DNA of 64,000 nucleotides from Squalus acanthias (lineage: Eukaryota). The position numbers were made by a program, and so were the translations under genes. Under the pieces are notes generated by a model. The model was not told where the DNA came from. It was given only the letters and a program-made list of their open reading frames with translations, and did not search any database. Of this stretch, positions 51,060 to 64,000 are shown one piece after another. The DNA lies in the NCBI GenBank assembly GCA_030390025.1, contig CM059438.1, positions 59,584,001-59,648,000 on the forward strand, given 5' to 3'. Position 1 is the stretch's first letter. Each line of letters opens with the position of its first letter.

Positions 51060-51525
51060 GGGGTGAAGGCTGTAAAAGCAGTTGAGGAGAATAGGCTTTT
51101 GAAAGCAGGACAGGTGGAGATAAGGTAAAAGGCTGTTAGGATGGAGTTTCAGGGGACCGGGATATGGTGGCTGAATGAGTGCCACCAATGGAAAGCAAAG
51201 AGGAAGGCTGACGAGGAGCAGACCAGTGTCTACAGAGTGAAGGATGTGAGTGGGGATATAAGACTGAAGGCAAGGACGGGGATCCTGAAGTTGATTCATA
51301 GGAACATGTGGAGCCTGGTGAGGATTAAAGTGCTGGACATATGGGGTTTTGAGTAGGTATGCACATTGAGAGAGCGTTGGAGAAGTCAAGCTTCAAGGTG
51401 ATAAAGGTATGAATTAGAGTATCAATGGCAGTGGGGGAAAGGCAGAGGCAAAGGGAGGTGATATTGCAGAGGTGGAAGAAGGCAATCTTGGTGATGGAAT
51501 GGGTGTGGAGAAGGAAACTCAGCTT
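51060..51525 (-). mobile_element. Old L2 LINE fragment
   Basis: Minus reading SITKIAFFHLCNITSL...TLIHTFITLKLDFSN, similar to 35737-36395. Confidence 0.7.
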
Positions 51526-51530
51526 CGGTT

Positions 51531-52980
51531 TTGAGTTCAAATCCCACCAACAAATTGTGAAACTGAATTCAATAAAGCTGGTCATTTGTGGGCTGGCATC
51601 AGAATAATAACCATGAAAGTTTCCAGCTTGTTGTAAAAACCCAACTGGTTCACTGTTGTCCTTCAGGGAAGGGAACCTGCCACTCCTACCCTGTCTGATG
51701 TACATGTGACTCCTGTCCCACAGTATGTGGTTGACTCTGAATACCCTCTGAAGTAGCCTAGCAACCTGTTCAGTTGTAAACAATCACTACATAGATCAAA
51801 GAATGACCCATGCATCCTATCAGGACAAGACTCGGGCAATCCCAGACCAGCTGACCCTGCAAAATCCTCCTCATTAACAACTGGGAATGGTTCCTAAGAT
51901 GGGAAAACTGTCCCACAGATTTAGTCATTCAACAACCTGACCCAGTCGTACCTACAGGATCATATCTATCAGTCAACATCCCTGACTCCTCCAGCACTAT
52001 CCCTGGGTATGTCCGATTGCACCTGCAAAATAGGCTAGAAGTGGGACACAGTGTATACAGTCAGGTGGAAGAGGTCCTGGGAGTCCTCAACATTGACTCT
52101 GGACTCCAGGAAGTCTGATGGCTTCAAGTCAAACAAGGTCAACGAAACCTCCTGCTGACCACCACCTACTGACTTCACCCTGAGCCATGACACCGGCATC
52201 TACCTGACAATGTGGAAACTTGCTCAGTTATGTCCTGTCCACAAAACACAGGGTAACTCTAACAGGCCAATCACTGCTCTATCAGCCACCTCCCAATCAT
52301 CAGCAAAGTTATGGAGGGAGACAGCAATAATGCAATCAAATGACCTACTCACCAATAGCCTGCTCACAGTTCGGGTTCTCCCAGAATTATTCGGCTCCAG
52401 TCCTCATTACAGCCTTGAACCTAAGATGAACGCAAGAGCTGAATGCCAGAGGAGAGGTGAGAGTAGATGTCCTCCACATCAAGGCAGCATTCGACCGAAT
52501 ATATCAGCAAGGAACCCCAACAAAACTGAAGTTAATGCGGGAAACCATTCAGTGGTTAGAGACACAGAGGATGATGGTTGTGGTTGTTGCAGCCCAATCA
52601 TCGCAGACCCAGGACACCTCTGCAGGAGTTCCTTGGGAAGTGTCATTGCTCCAACCATCTTCAGGTGCCTCCATCATTGATCCTTTCCTCCATCATAAGG
52701 TCAGGAGTGTACTGACGATTACACAATGTTCAGATCCATTTGCAATTCCTCCAATAATGAAACAGCCTATGCTGGACATGGATAGCATCCAGACTTAGGC
52801 TGACAATGGCAGGTAACATTCGTGACCTACAGCAGGGCCACCATCACAGAGTCCCCTACCATCACCACCTTGGGTGGGTGGGGGGTTTGGGAATCACCAA
52901 TGACCAGAAGCTTAACCGGACAAGATATATCAACACCTTGGCTACAAGACGAGGGTAAGGCTGCATACTCTGTGTCGAGT
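51531..52980 (+). mobile_element. Decayed, internally deleted CR1-group LINE with SINE-like head
   Basis: Head matches 44830-45095. Then EN-like (PKMGKLSHR..QQPD..IPGYV) and RT-like (WKLAQLCPVHK, IKAAFDRI, ESPTITTLG) pieces related to 19130-19560. Confidence 0.7.
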
Positions 52981-53489
52981 GGTTCACATAAAGTGAATGT
53001 AAATAATCTTGGGGGGGGGTTTAATGAGGGCACTGCATGAAATGTGCAATGGTTCTCAGTGTTGAAGTGCAGCCATGCTGAACGGGGCAGTGATATGTTT
53101 GCTTGCCGATTCTCCTCCTGCTTCCTCTATTGGGGCCAGTGCTACCAGTGCACCTGGTCAGGTAATCAGCCCTGCTGCTCCATTCCCCAGCACGGACATC
53201 CATCACCACAAACAAGGTTTCTGCTCATCTCCTGCCGAAGTTACAGTGGCCAAGCCGAAGAGACCCCGAGGAAATTCACCTCAACATTACTACATTTGAG
53301 GAAATCGTTATAACTGTGGATTAACAACATCAGGCGGAAATGTTCTTAGTCTATTGTCTACAAGGGATACTAAGGGGCTGAAAGCCAAGTTTAATGGATG
53401 CTGAGAATGGCACCGTATAACTGAACCAAACCACCTGTTGCCAGCGTCATGCACAACACATACAGTATGAGAAATCAATGGAGCTTGTG

Positions 53490-54788
53490 GGAAACGGGAA
53501 CAGTGTGTGTACAGGAGAGCACCACCTGTGTGACAGGGGAACGGAGACTGTGTGTACAGGAGAGGACCGTCTGTGTGACAGGGGAACGAGGTCTGTGTGT
53601 ACAGGAGAGCACCGTCTGTGTGACAGGGGAACGGAGACTGTGTGTACAAGACAGGACCGTCTGTGTGACAGGGAACGGAGACTGTGTGTACAGGAGAGCA
53701 CCGCCTGTGTGACAGGGGAACGGAGACTGTGTGTACAGGAGAGGACCGTCTGTGTGACAGGGAACGGAGACTGTGTGTACAGGAGAGCACCGCCTGTGTG
53801 ACAGGGGAACGGAGACTGTGTGTACAGGAGAGGACCGTCTGTGTGACAGGGAACGGAGACTGTGTGTACAGGAGAGGACCGTCTGTGTGACAGGGAACGG
53901 AGACTGTGTGTACAGGAGAGGACCGTCTGTGTGACAGGGAACGGAGACTGTGTGTACAGGAGAGGACCGTCTGTGTGACAGGGAACGGAGACTGTGTGTA
54001 CAGGACAGCACCGTCTGTGTGGCAGGGAACGAGGTCTGTGTGTACAGGAGAGCACCGCCTGTGTGACAGGGGAACGGAGACTGTGTGTACAGGACAGCAC
54101 CGTCTGTGTGACAGGGGAACGAGGTCTGTGTGTACAGGAGAGCACCGCCTGTGTGACAGGGAACGAGGTCTGTGTGTACAGGACAGCACCGTCTGTGTGA
54201 CAGGGAACGAGGTCTGTGTGTACAGGAGAGGACCGTCTGTGTGACAGGGGAACGAGGTCTGCGTGTACAGGACAGCACCGTCTGTGTGACAGGGGAACGA
54301 GGTCTGTGTGTACAGGACAGCACCGTCTGTGTGACAGGGAACGAGGTCTGCGTGTACAGGACAGCACCGTCTGTGTGACAGGGAACGAGGTCTGTGTGTA
54401 CAGGAGAGGACCGTCTGTGTGACAGGGAACGAGGTCTGTGTGTACAGGACAGCACCGTCTGTGTGACAGGGGAACGAGGTCTGTGTGTACAGGAGAGCAC
54501 CGCCTGTGTGACAGGCGAACGGAGACTGTGTGAACAGGAGAGGACCGCCTGAATGACAGGCGAACGGAGACTATGTGTACAGGAGAGCATCGCCTGTGTG
54601 ACAGGCGAACGGAGACTGTGTGTACAGGACAGCACCGCCTGTGTGACAGGCGAACGGAGACTGTGTGAACAGGAGAGGACCGTCTGTGTGACAGGCGAAC
54701 GGAGACTGTGTGAACAGGAGAGGACCGTCTGTGTGACAGGCGAACGGAGACTGTGGGTACAGGAGAGGACCGTCTGTGTGACAGGGGA
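53490..54788. repeat. 44/45-bp minisatellite, ~29 copies
   Basis: GGGAACGGAGACTGTGTGTACAGGAGAGGACCGTCTGTGTGACA and variants. Confidence 0.98.
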
Positions 54789-55535
54789 GTACTGATTCCA
54801 ATTCACCGGCTTGGAAAGAAAGCTAATCTACTCCCTATTTCCAAACCGGGGTATGGTGGTTGTGGGGGGTAAAAGTGCCGGGCCCATCTAAATTTTCAAG
54901 GCAGTCACTGCATGAAATGAAGCCAAGCTTTATCACGATATATTTCGGGGCTCCACTGGTTTTACTTTCATCGATGGAATCAGCTTAGTTTACACTACAG
55001 ACATTTACTTGTTTACTCGTGCTAACGGCTCTGGTGATTTATGAAAATAATATTCATTCTGATACTGTTGAATGTAAACACAGTCCAGGTTCAGATACTT
55101 CTCTGCAAGGTGAAAGGGAGGTCACAGCCTGTCTGCCCAGGCACAATGCCAGTCGTTAAAGCTCGCCCCTTGGTTTACCAGCATGGTGTACAGCTGAGAG
55201 GTCACTGCAGCACCGTGACCATGGTGCTCACACACACACACTAGTTCAACAAATGTGTGTGGGCAGGGTTCGGAATAGTGTGCCAGAGGCTCAGGATGTG
55301 CTGGGGGCAGGGGCGCAGGCCGAGATTGTAACCCAGTCCCGGCCAAGCACAGTTTCTAGCCCGGTCTGGGCTAAACACAGTGTCTAACCCATTCTCTTAC
55401 TTTCTATTTCATTTATGCTCCGCTCTTTGTCCATGTTATCACTTGACTCCGCCTCCTCACGCTGACCCTCAGCATTTAAAAGCAGACTGAGAGGGAACGG
55501 CAGCTGTACCCAAGAATAAAACTGACAAACGAGCA

Positions 55536-58500
55536 GCCAGTGCCAGTGAGAATCAAACTGTCCACGGCCCCAGTGAGTATCAAACTGTCCCCGGCCCCAG
55601 TGAGTATCAAACTGTCCCGGGCCCCAGTGAGGATCAAACTGTCCCCGGCCCCAGTGAGTATCAAACTGTCCCCGGCCCCAGTGAGTATCAAACTGTCCCT
55701 GGCCCCAGTGAGGATCAAACTGTCCCCGGCCCCAGTGAGTATCAAACTGTCCCCGGCCCCAGTGAGGATCAAACTGTCCCCGGCCCCAGTGAGTATCAAA
55801 CTGTCCCCGGCCCCAGTGAGAATCAAACTGTCCCCGGCCGGGCCCCAGTGAGTATCAAACTGTCCCCGGCCGGGCCCCAGTGAGTATCGAACTGTCCCCG
55901 GCCCCAGTGAGTATCAAACTGTCCCCGGCCGGGCCCCAGTGAGTATCAAACTGTCCCCGGCCCCAGTGAGTATCAAACTGTCCCCGGCCGGGCCCCAGTG
56001 AGTATCAAACTGTCCCCGGCCGGGCCCCAGTGAGTATCAAACTGTCCCCGGCCCCAGTGAGAATCAAACTGTCCCCGGCCCCAGTGAGTATCAAACTGTC
56101 CCCGGCCCCAGTGAGTATCAAACTGTCGCCGGCCCCAGTGAGTATCAAACTGTCCCCGGCCCCAGGGAGGATCAAACTGTCCCCGGCCGGGCCCCAGTGA
56201 GTATCAAACTGTCCCCGGCCCCAGTGAGAATCAAACTGTCCCCGGCCCCAGTGAGTATCAAACTGTCCCCGGCCCCAGTGAGTATCAAACTGTCCCCGGC
56301 CCCAGTGAGTATCAAACTGTCCCCGGCCCCAGGGAGGATCAAACTGTCCCCGGCTCCAGTGAAGATCAAACTGTCCCAGCCCCCAGTGAGCATCAAACTG
56401 TCCCCGGCCCCAGTGAGTATCAATCTGTCCCCGGCCCCAGTGAGGATCAAACTGTCCCCGGCCCCAGTGAGGATCAAACTGTCCCCGGCCGGGCCCCAGT
56501 GAGTATCAAACTGTCCCCGGCCGGGCCCCAGTGAGTATCAAACTGTCCCGGGCCCCAGTGATGATCAAACTGTCCCCGGCCGGGCCCCAGTGAGTATCAA
56601 ACTGTCCCCGGCCCCAGTGAGTATCAAACTGTCCCAGGAACCAGTGAGTATCAAACTGTCCCCGGCCCCAGTGAGTATCAAACTGTCCCAGGAACCAGTG
56701 AGTATCAAACTGTCCCCGGCCCCAGTGAGTATCAAACTGTCCCCGGCCCCAGTGAGTATCAAACTGTCCCCGGCCCCAGAGGATCAAACTGTCCCCGGCC
56801 CCAGTGAGTCTCAAACTGTCCCGGCCCCAGTGAGGATCAAACTGTCCCCGGCAGGGCCCCAGTGAGAATCAAACTGTCCCCGGCCCCAGTGAGGATCAAA
56901 CTGTCCCCGGCAGGGCCCCAGTGAGAATCAAACTGTCCCCGGCCCCAGTGAGTAACAAACTGTCCCCGGCCCCAGTGAGTATCAAACTGTCCCCGGCCCC
57001 AGTGAGAATCAAACTGTCCCCGGCCCCAGTGAGAATCAAACTGTCCCCAGCCCCAGTGAGTATCAAACTGTCCCCGGCCCCAGTGAGTATCAAACTGTCC
57101 CCGGCACCAGTGAGGATCAAACTGTCCCCGGCACCAGTGAGGATCAAACTGTCCCCGGCCCCAGTGAGTATCAAACTGTCCCCGGCCCCAGTGAGTATCA
57201 AACTGTCCCCAGCCCCAGTGAGGATCAAACTGTCCCCGGCCCCAGTGAGGATCAAACTGTCCCCGGCCCCAGTGAGTATCAAACTGTCCCCGGCCCCAGT
57301 GAGGATCAAACTGTCCCCGGCCCCAGTGAGTATCAAACTGTCCCCGGCCGGGCCCCAGTGAGTATCAAACTGTCCCCGGCCGGGCCCCAGTGAGTATCAA
57401 ACTGTCCCCGGCCCCAGTGAGGATCAAACTGTCCCCGGCCCCAGTGAGTATCAAACTGTCCCCGGCCCCAGTGAGTATCAAACTGTCCCCGGCCCCAGTG
57501 AGGATCAAACTGTCCCCGGCCCCAGTGAGAATCAAACTGTCCCCGGCCCCAGTGAGGATCAAACTGTCCCCGGCCGGGCCCCAGTGAGTATCAAACTGTC
57601 CCCGGCCGGGCCCCAGTGAGTATCAAATTGTCCCGGGCCCCAGTGATGATCAAACTGTTCCCGGCCGGGCCCCAGTGAGTATCAAACTGTCCCCGGCCCC
57701 AGTGAGTATCAAACTGTCCCAGGCCCCAGTGAGTATCAAACTGTCCCCGGCCCCAGTGAGTATCAAACTGTCCGCGGCCCCAGTGAGTATCAAACTGTCC
57801 CGGGCCCCAGTGAGTCTCAAACTGTCCCGGCCCCAGTGAGGATCAAACTGTCCCCGGCAGGGCCCCAGTGAGAATCAAACTGTCCCCGGCCCCAGTGAGG
57901 ATCAAACTGTCCCCGGCAGGGCCCCAGTGAGAATCAAACTGTCCCCGGCCCCAGTGAGTAACAAACTGTCCCCGGCCCCAGTGAGTATCAAACTGTCCCG
58001 GGCCCCAGTGAGAATCAAACTGTCCCCGGCCCCAGTGAGAATCAAACTGTCCCCGGCACAATTGAGGATCAAACTGTCCCCGGCAGGGCCCCAGTGAGAA
58101 TCAAACTGTCCCCGGCCCCAGTGAGTAACAAACTGTCCCCGGCCCCAGTGAGTATCAAACTGTCCCCGGCCCCAGTGAGAATCAAACTGTCCCCGGCCCC
58201 AGTGAGAATCAAACTGTCCCCGGCACCAGTGAGGATCAAACTGTCCCCGGCACCAGTGAGGATCAAACTGTCCCCGGCCCCAGTGAGGATCAAACTGTCC
58301 CCGGCCCAGAGTATCAAACTGTCCCGGCCCAGTGAGTATCAAACTGTCCCCGGCCCCAGTGAGGATCAAACTGTCCCCGGCCCCAGTGAGTATCAAACTG
58401 TCCCCGGCCCCACTGAGGATCAAACTGTCCCCGGCCCCAGTGAGTATCAAACTGTCCCCGGCCGGGCCCCAGTGAGTATCAAACTGTCCCCGGCCGGGCC

Positions 58501-61500
58501 CCAGTGAGTATCAAACTGTCCCCGGCCCCAGTGAGGATCAAACTGTCCCCGGCCGGGCCCCAGTGAGTATCAAACTGTCCCCGGCCCCAGTGAGTATCAA
58601 ACTGTCCCCGGCCCCAGTGAGGATCAAACTGTCCCCGGCCCCAGTGAGGATCAAACTGTCCCCGGCCCCAGTGAGTATCAAACTGTCCCCGGCCCCAGTG
58701 AGTATCAAACTGCCCCAGTCCCCAGTGAGTATCAAACTGTCCCCGGCCCCAGTGAGGATCAAACTGTCCCCAGCCCCAGTGAGGATCAAACTGTCCCCAG
58801 CCCCAGTGAGGATCAAACTGTCCCCGGCCCCAGTGAGGAGCAAACTGTCCCCGGCCCCAGTGAGGATCAAACTGTCCCCAGCCCCAGTGAGGATCAAACT
58901 GTCCCCGGCCCCAGTGAGGATCAAACTGTCCCCGGCCGGGCCCCAGTGAGGATCAAACTGTCCCCGGCCCCAGTGAGTATCAAACTGTCCCAGGCCGGGC
59001 CCCAGTGAGGATCAAACTGTCCCCGGCCCCAGTGAGTATCAAACTGTCCCAGGCCGGGCCCCAGTGAGGATCAACCTGTCCCCGGCCCCAGTGAGTATCA
59101 AACTGTCTCACTCCGGGCCCCAGTGAGAATCAAACTGTCCCCGGCCGGGCCCCAGTGAGTATCAAACTGTCCCAGGCCGGGCCCCAGTGAGGATCAAACT
59201 GTCCCCGGCCCCAGTGAGTATCAAACTGTCCCCGGCCCCAGTGAGAATCAAACTGTCCCCGGCCCCAGTGAGTATCAAACTGTCTCAGGCCCCAGTGAGG
59301 ATCAAACTGTCCCCGGCCATAGTGAGTATCAAACTGTACCGGGCCTCAGTGAGTATCAAACTGTCCCCGGCCCCAGTGAGAATCAAATTGTCCCGGCCCC
59401 AGTGAGTATCAAACTGTCCCCGGCCCCAGTGAATATCAAACTGTCCCATGCCGGACCCCAGTGAGTATCAAACTGTCCCAGGCCCCAGTGAGAATCAAAC
59501 TGTCCCAGGCCCCAGTGAGTATCCATCTGTCCCCGGCCCCAGTGAGTATCAAACTGTCCCCGGCCCCAGTGAGTATCAAACTGTCCCCGGCCCCAGTGAG
59601 GATCAAACTGTCCCCGGCCCCAGTGAGGATCAAACTGTCCCCGGCCCCAGTGAGTATCAAACTGTCCCCGGCCCCAGTGAGTATCAAACTGCCCCAGTCC
59701 CCAGTGAGTATCAAACTGTCCCCGGCCCCAGTGAGGATCAAACTGTCCCCAGCCCCAGTGAGGATCAAACTGTCCCCAGCCCCAGTGAGGATCAAACTGT
59801 CCCCGGCCCCAGTGAGGAGCAAACTGTCCCCGGCCCCAGTGAGGATCAAACTGTCCCCAGCCCCAGTGAGGATCAAACTGTCCCCGGCCCCAGTGAGGAT
59901 CAAACTGTCCCCGGCCGGGCCCCAGTGAGGATCAAACTGTCCCCGGCCCCAGTGAGTATCAAACTGTCCCAGGCCGGGCCCCAGTGAGGATCAAACTGTC
60001 CCCGGCCCCAGTGAGTATCAAACTGTCCCAGGCCGGGCCCCAGTGAGGATCAACCTGTCCCCGGCCCCAGTGAGTATCAAACTGTCTCACTCCGGGCCCC
60101 AGTGAGAATCAAACTGTCCCCGGCCGGGCCCCAGTGAGTATCAAACTGTCCCAGGCCGGGCCCCAGTGAGGATCAAACTGTCCCCGGCCCCAGTGAGTAT
60201 CAAACTGTCCCCGGCCCCAGTGAGAATCAAACTGTCCCCGGCCCCAGTGAGTATCAAACTGTCTCAGGCCCCAGTGAGGATCAAACTGTCCCCGGCCATA
60301 GTGAGTATCAAACTGTACCGGGCCTCAGTGAGTATCAAACTGTCCCCGGCCCCAGTGAGAATCAAATTGTCCCGGCCCCAGTGAGTATCAAACTGTCCCC
60401 GGCCCCAGTGAATATCAAACTGTCCCATGCCGGACCCCAGTGAGTATCAAACTGTCCCAGGCCCCAGTGAGAATCAAACTGTCCCAGGCCCCAGTGAGTA
60501 TCCATCTGTCCCCGGCCCCAGTGAGAATCAAACTGTCCCCGGCCCCAGTGAGTATCAAACTGTCCGCGGCCCCAGTGAGTATCAAACTGTCCCGGGCCCC
60601 AGTGAGTATCAAACTGTCCCCGGCCCCAGTGAGTATCAAACAGTCCCGGGCCCCAGTGAGTATCAAACTGTCCCCGGCCCCAGTGAGTTTCAAACTGTCC
60701 CAGGACCCAGTGAGGATCAAACTGTCCCCGGCCCCAGTGAGAATCAAACTGTCCCGGCCCCAGTGAGTATCAAACTGTCCCAGGCCCCAGTGAGGATCAA
60801 ACTGTCCCAGGCCCCAGTGAGGATCAAACTGTCCCGGGCCCCAGTGAGGATCAAACTGTCCCGGGCCCCAGTGAGGAGCAAACTGTCCCAGGCCCCTGTG
60901 AGCATCAAACTGTCCCAGGCCCCTGTGAGTATCAAACTGTCCCGGGCCCCAGTGAGGATCAAATTGTACTCGACCCCAGTGAGTATCAAACTGTCCCCGG
61001 CCCCAGTGAGTATCAAACAGTCCCGGGCCCCAGTGAGGATCAAACTGTCCCGGGCCCCAGTGAGAATCAAACTGTCCCCGGCCCCAGTGAGGATCAAACT
61101 GTCCCCGGCCTCAGTGAGGATCAAACTGTCCCCGGCCCCAGTGAGTATCAAACTGTCCCCGGCCCCAGTGAGTATAAAACTGACCTCGGCCCCAGTGAGT
61201 ATCAAACTGACCCCGGCCCCAGTGAGTATCAAACTGTCCCCAACCCCAGTGAATATCAAAATGTCCCAGGCCGGGCCCCAGTGAGTATCAAACCGTCCCC
61301 GGCCCCAGTGAGGATCAAACTGTCCCCGGCCTCAGTGAGGATCAAACTGTCCCGGGCCTCAGTGAGGATCAAACTGTCCCCGGCCCCAGTGAGGATCAAA
61401 CTGTCCCCGGCACCAGTGAGGATCAAACTGTCCCCGGCCCCAGTGAGTATCAAACTGTCCCCGGCCCCAGTGAGTATCAAACTGTCCCCGGCCCCAGTGA

Positions 61501-64000
61501 GGATCAAACTGTCCCCGGCCCCAGTGAGGATCAAACTGTCCCCGGCCCCAGTGAGTATCAAACTGTCCCCGGCCCCAGTGAGGATCAAACTGTCCCCGGC
61601 CCCAGTGAGTATCAAACTGTCCCCGGCCGGGCCCCAGTGAGTATCAAACTGTCCCCGGCTGGGCCCCAGTGAGTATCAAACTGTCCCCGGCCCCAGTGAG
61701 GATCAAACTGTCCCCGGCCCCAGAGAGTATCAAACTGTCCCCGGCCCCAGTGAGTATCAAACTGTCCCCGGCCCCAGTGAGAATCAAACTGTCCCCGGCC
61801 CCAGTGAGGATCAAACTGACCCCGGCCGGGCCCCAGTGAGGATCAAACTGACCCCGGCCGGGCCCCAGTGAGGATCAAACTGTCCCCGGCCGGGCCCCAG
61901 TGAGTATCAAACTGTCCCCGGCCGGGCCCCAGTGAGTATCAAACTGTCCCGGGCCCCAGTGATGATCAAACTGTCCCGGCCGGGCACCAGTGAGGATCAA
62001 ACTGTCCCCGGCCCCAGTGAGTATCAAACTGTCCCCGGCCCCAGTGAGTATCAAACTGTCCCCGGCCCCAGTGAGTATCAAACTGTCCGCGGCCCCAGTG
62101 AGTATCAAACTGTCCCGGGCCCCAGTGAGTCTCAAACTGTCCCGGCCCCAGTGAGGATCAAACTGTCCCCGGCAGGGCCCCAGTGAGAATCAAACTGTCC
62201 CCGGCCCCAGTGAGGATCAAGCTGTCCCCGGCAGGGCCCCAGTGAGAATCAAACTGTCCCCGGCCCCAGTGAGTAACAAACTGTCCCCGGCCCCAGTGAG
62301 AATCAAACTGTCCCGGCCCCAATGAGTTTCAAACTGTCCTCGGCCCCAGTGAGTATCAAACAGTCCCGGGCCCCAGTGAGTATCAAACTGTCCCCGGCCC
62401 CAGTGAGTATCAAACAGTCCCGGGCCCCAGTGAGTATCAAACTGTCCCCGGCCCCAGTGAGTTTCAAACTGTCCCAGGACCCAGTGAGGATCAAACTGTC
62501 CCCGGCCCCAGTGAGAATCAAACTGTCCCGGCCCCAGTGAGTATCAAACTGTCCCAGGCCCCAGTGAGGATCAAACTGTCCCAGGCCCCAGTGAGGATCA
62601 AACTGTCCCGGGCCCCAGTGAGGATCAAACTGTCCCGGGCCCCAGTGAGGATCAAACTGTCCCCGGCCCCAGTGAGTATCAAACTGTCCCCGGCCCCAGT
62701 GAGAATCAAACTGTCCCCGGCCCCAGTGAGTATCAAACTGTCTCAGGCCCCAGTGAGGATCAAACTGTCCCCGGCCATAGTGAGTATCAAACTGTACCGG
62801 GCCTCAGTGAGTATCAAACTGTCCCCGGCCCCAGTGAGAATCAAATTGTCCCGGCCCCAGTGAGTATCAAACTGTCCCCGGCCCCAGTGAATATCAAACT
62901 GTCCCATGCCGGACCCCAGTGAGTATCAAACTGTCCCAGGCCCCAGTGAGAATCAAACTGTCCCAGGCCCCAGTGAGTATCCATCTGTCCCCGGCCCCAG
63001 TGAGAATCAAACTGTCCCCGGCCCCAGTGAGTATCAAACTGTCCGCGGCCCCAGTGAGTATCAAACTGTCCCGGGCCCCAGTGAGTATCAAACTGTCCCC
63101 GGCCCCAGTGAGTATCAAACAGTCCCGGGCCCCAGTGAGTATCAAACTGTCCCCGGCCCCAGTGAGTTTCAAACTGTCCCAGGACCCAGTGAGGATCAAA
63201 CTGTCCCCGGCCCCAGTGAGAATCAAACTGTCCCGGCCCCAGTGAGTATCAAACTGTCCCAGGCCCCAGTGAGGATCAAACTGTCCCAGGCCCCAGTGAG
63301 GATCAAACTGTCCCGGGCCCCAGTGAGGATCAAACTGTCCCGGGCCCCAGTGAGGAGCAAACTGTCCCAGGCCCCTGTGAGCATCAAACTGTCCCAGGCC
63401 CCTGTGAGTATCAAACTGTCCCGGGCCCCAGTGAGGATCAAATTGTACTCGACCCCAGTGAGTATCAAACTGTCCCCGGCCCCAGTGAGTATCAAACAGT
63501 CCCGGGCCCCAGTGAGGATCAAACTGTCCCGGGCCCCAGTGAGAATCAAACTGTCCCCGGCCCCAGTGAGGATCAAACTGTCCCCGGCCTCAGTGAGGAT
63601 CAAACTGTCCCCGGCCCCAGTGAGTATCAAACTGTCCCCGGCCCCAGTGAGTATAAAACTGACCTCGGCCCCAGTGAGTATCAAACTGACCCCGGCCCCA
63701 GTGAGTATCAAACTGTCCCCGACCCCAGTGAATATCAAAATGTCCCAGGCCGGGCCCCAGTGAGTATCAAACCGTCCCCGGCCCCAGTGAGGATCAAACT
63801 GTCCCCGGCCTCAGTGAGGATCAAACTGTCCCGGGCCCCAGTGAGGATCAAACTGTCCCCGGCCCCAGTGAGGATCAAACTGTCCCCGGCACCAGTGAGG
63901 ATCAAACTGTCCCCGGCCCCAGTGAGTATCAAACTGTCCCCGGCCCCAGTGAGTATCAAACTGTCCCCGGCCCCAGTGAGGATCAAACTGTCCCCGGCCC
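55536..64000. repeat. 27-bp GC-rich minisatellite (CCAGTGAGTATCAAACTGTCCCCGGCC) with 32- and 26-bp variants, running off the window end
   Basis: About 300 tandem units with block duplications. Confidence 0.99.

Noticed and set aside
55476..63986. LILTGAGDS repeats resembling RTX or beta-helix proteins
   Set aside because: They come from the 27-bp satellite, and frames are broken repeatedly by 26- and 32-bp units.

Overview
Eukaryotic, repeat-saturated vertebrate DNA, most likely a cartilaginous fish (inferred from the CR1/L2 LINEs, Deu-domain SINEs and Penelope families). I see no intact protein-coding gene. About 22 kb is six minisatellite arrays, and their long ORFs are artefacts. Most of the rest is nested CR1 LINEs (one near full length with a zinc-finger/esterase ORF1), L2 fragments, tRNA-headed SINEs, decayed PIF/Harbinger transposons and MITE-like inverted repeats. 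Highlights: (1) Penelope-like elements carrying minimal hammerhead ribozymes, including two independent palindromic insertions with TSDs (a ~200-bp non-coding one at 34.7 kb and a ~1.2-kb one at 42.1-43.3 kb) with a compensatory stem I change between them; (2) a heavily decayed multi-exon pseudogene on the minus strand, spread over ~14-44 kb, whose exons partly join in phase and may be related to CPED1 (resemblance from memory, unverified); (3) a CAC...GTG long-TIR element inflated to 5.9 kb by LINE insertions; (4) a minisatellite that appears to have grown out of a short hairpin.
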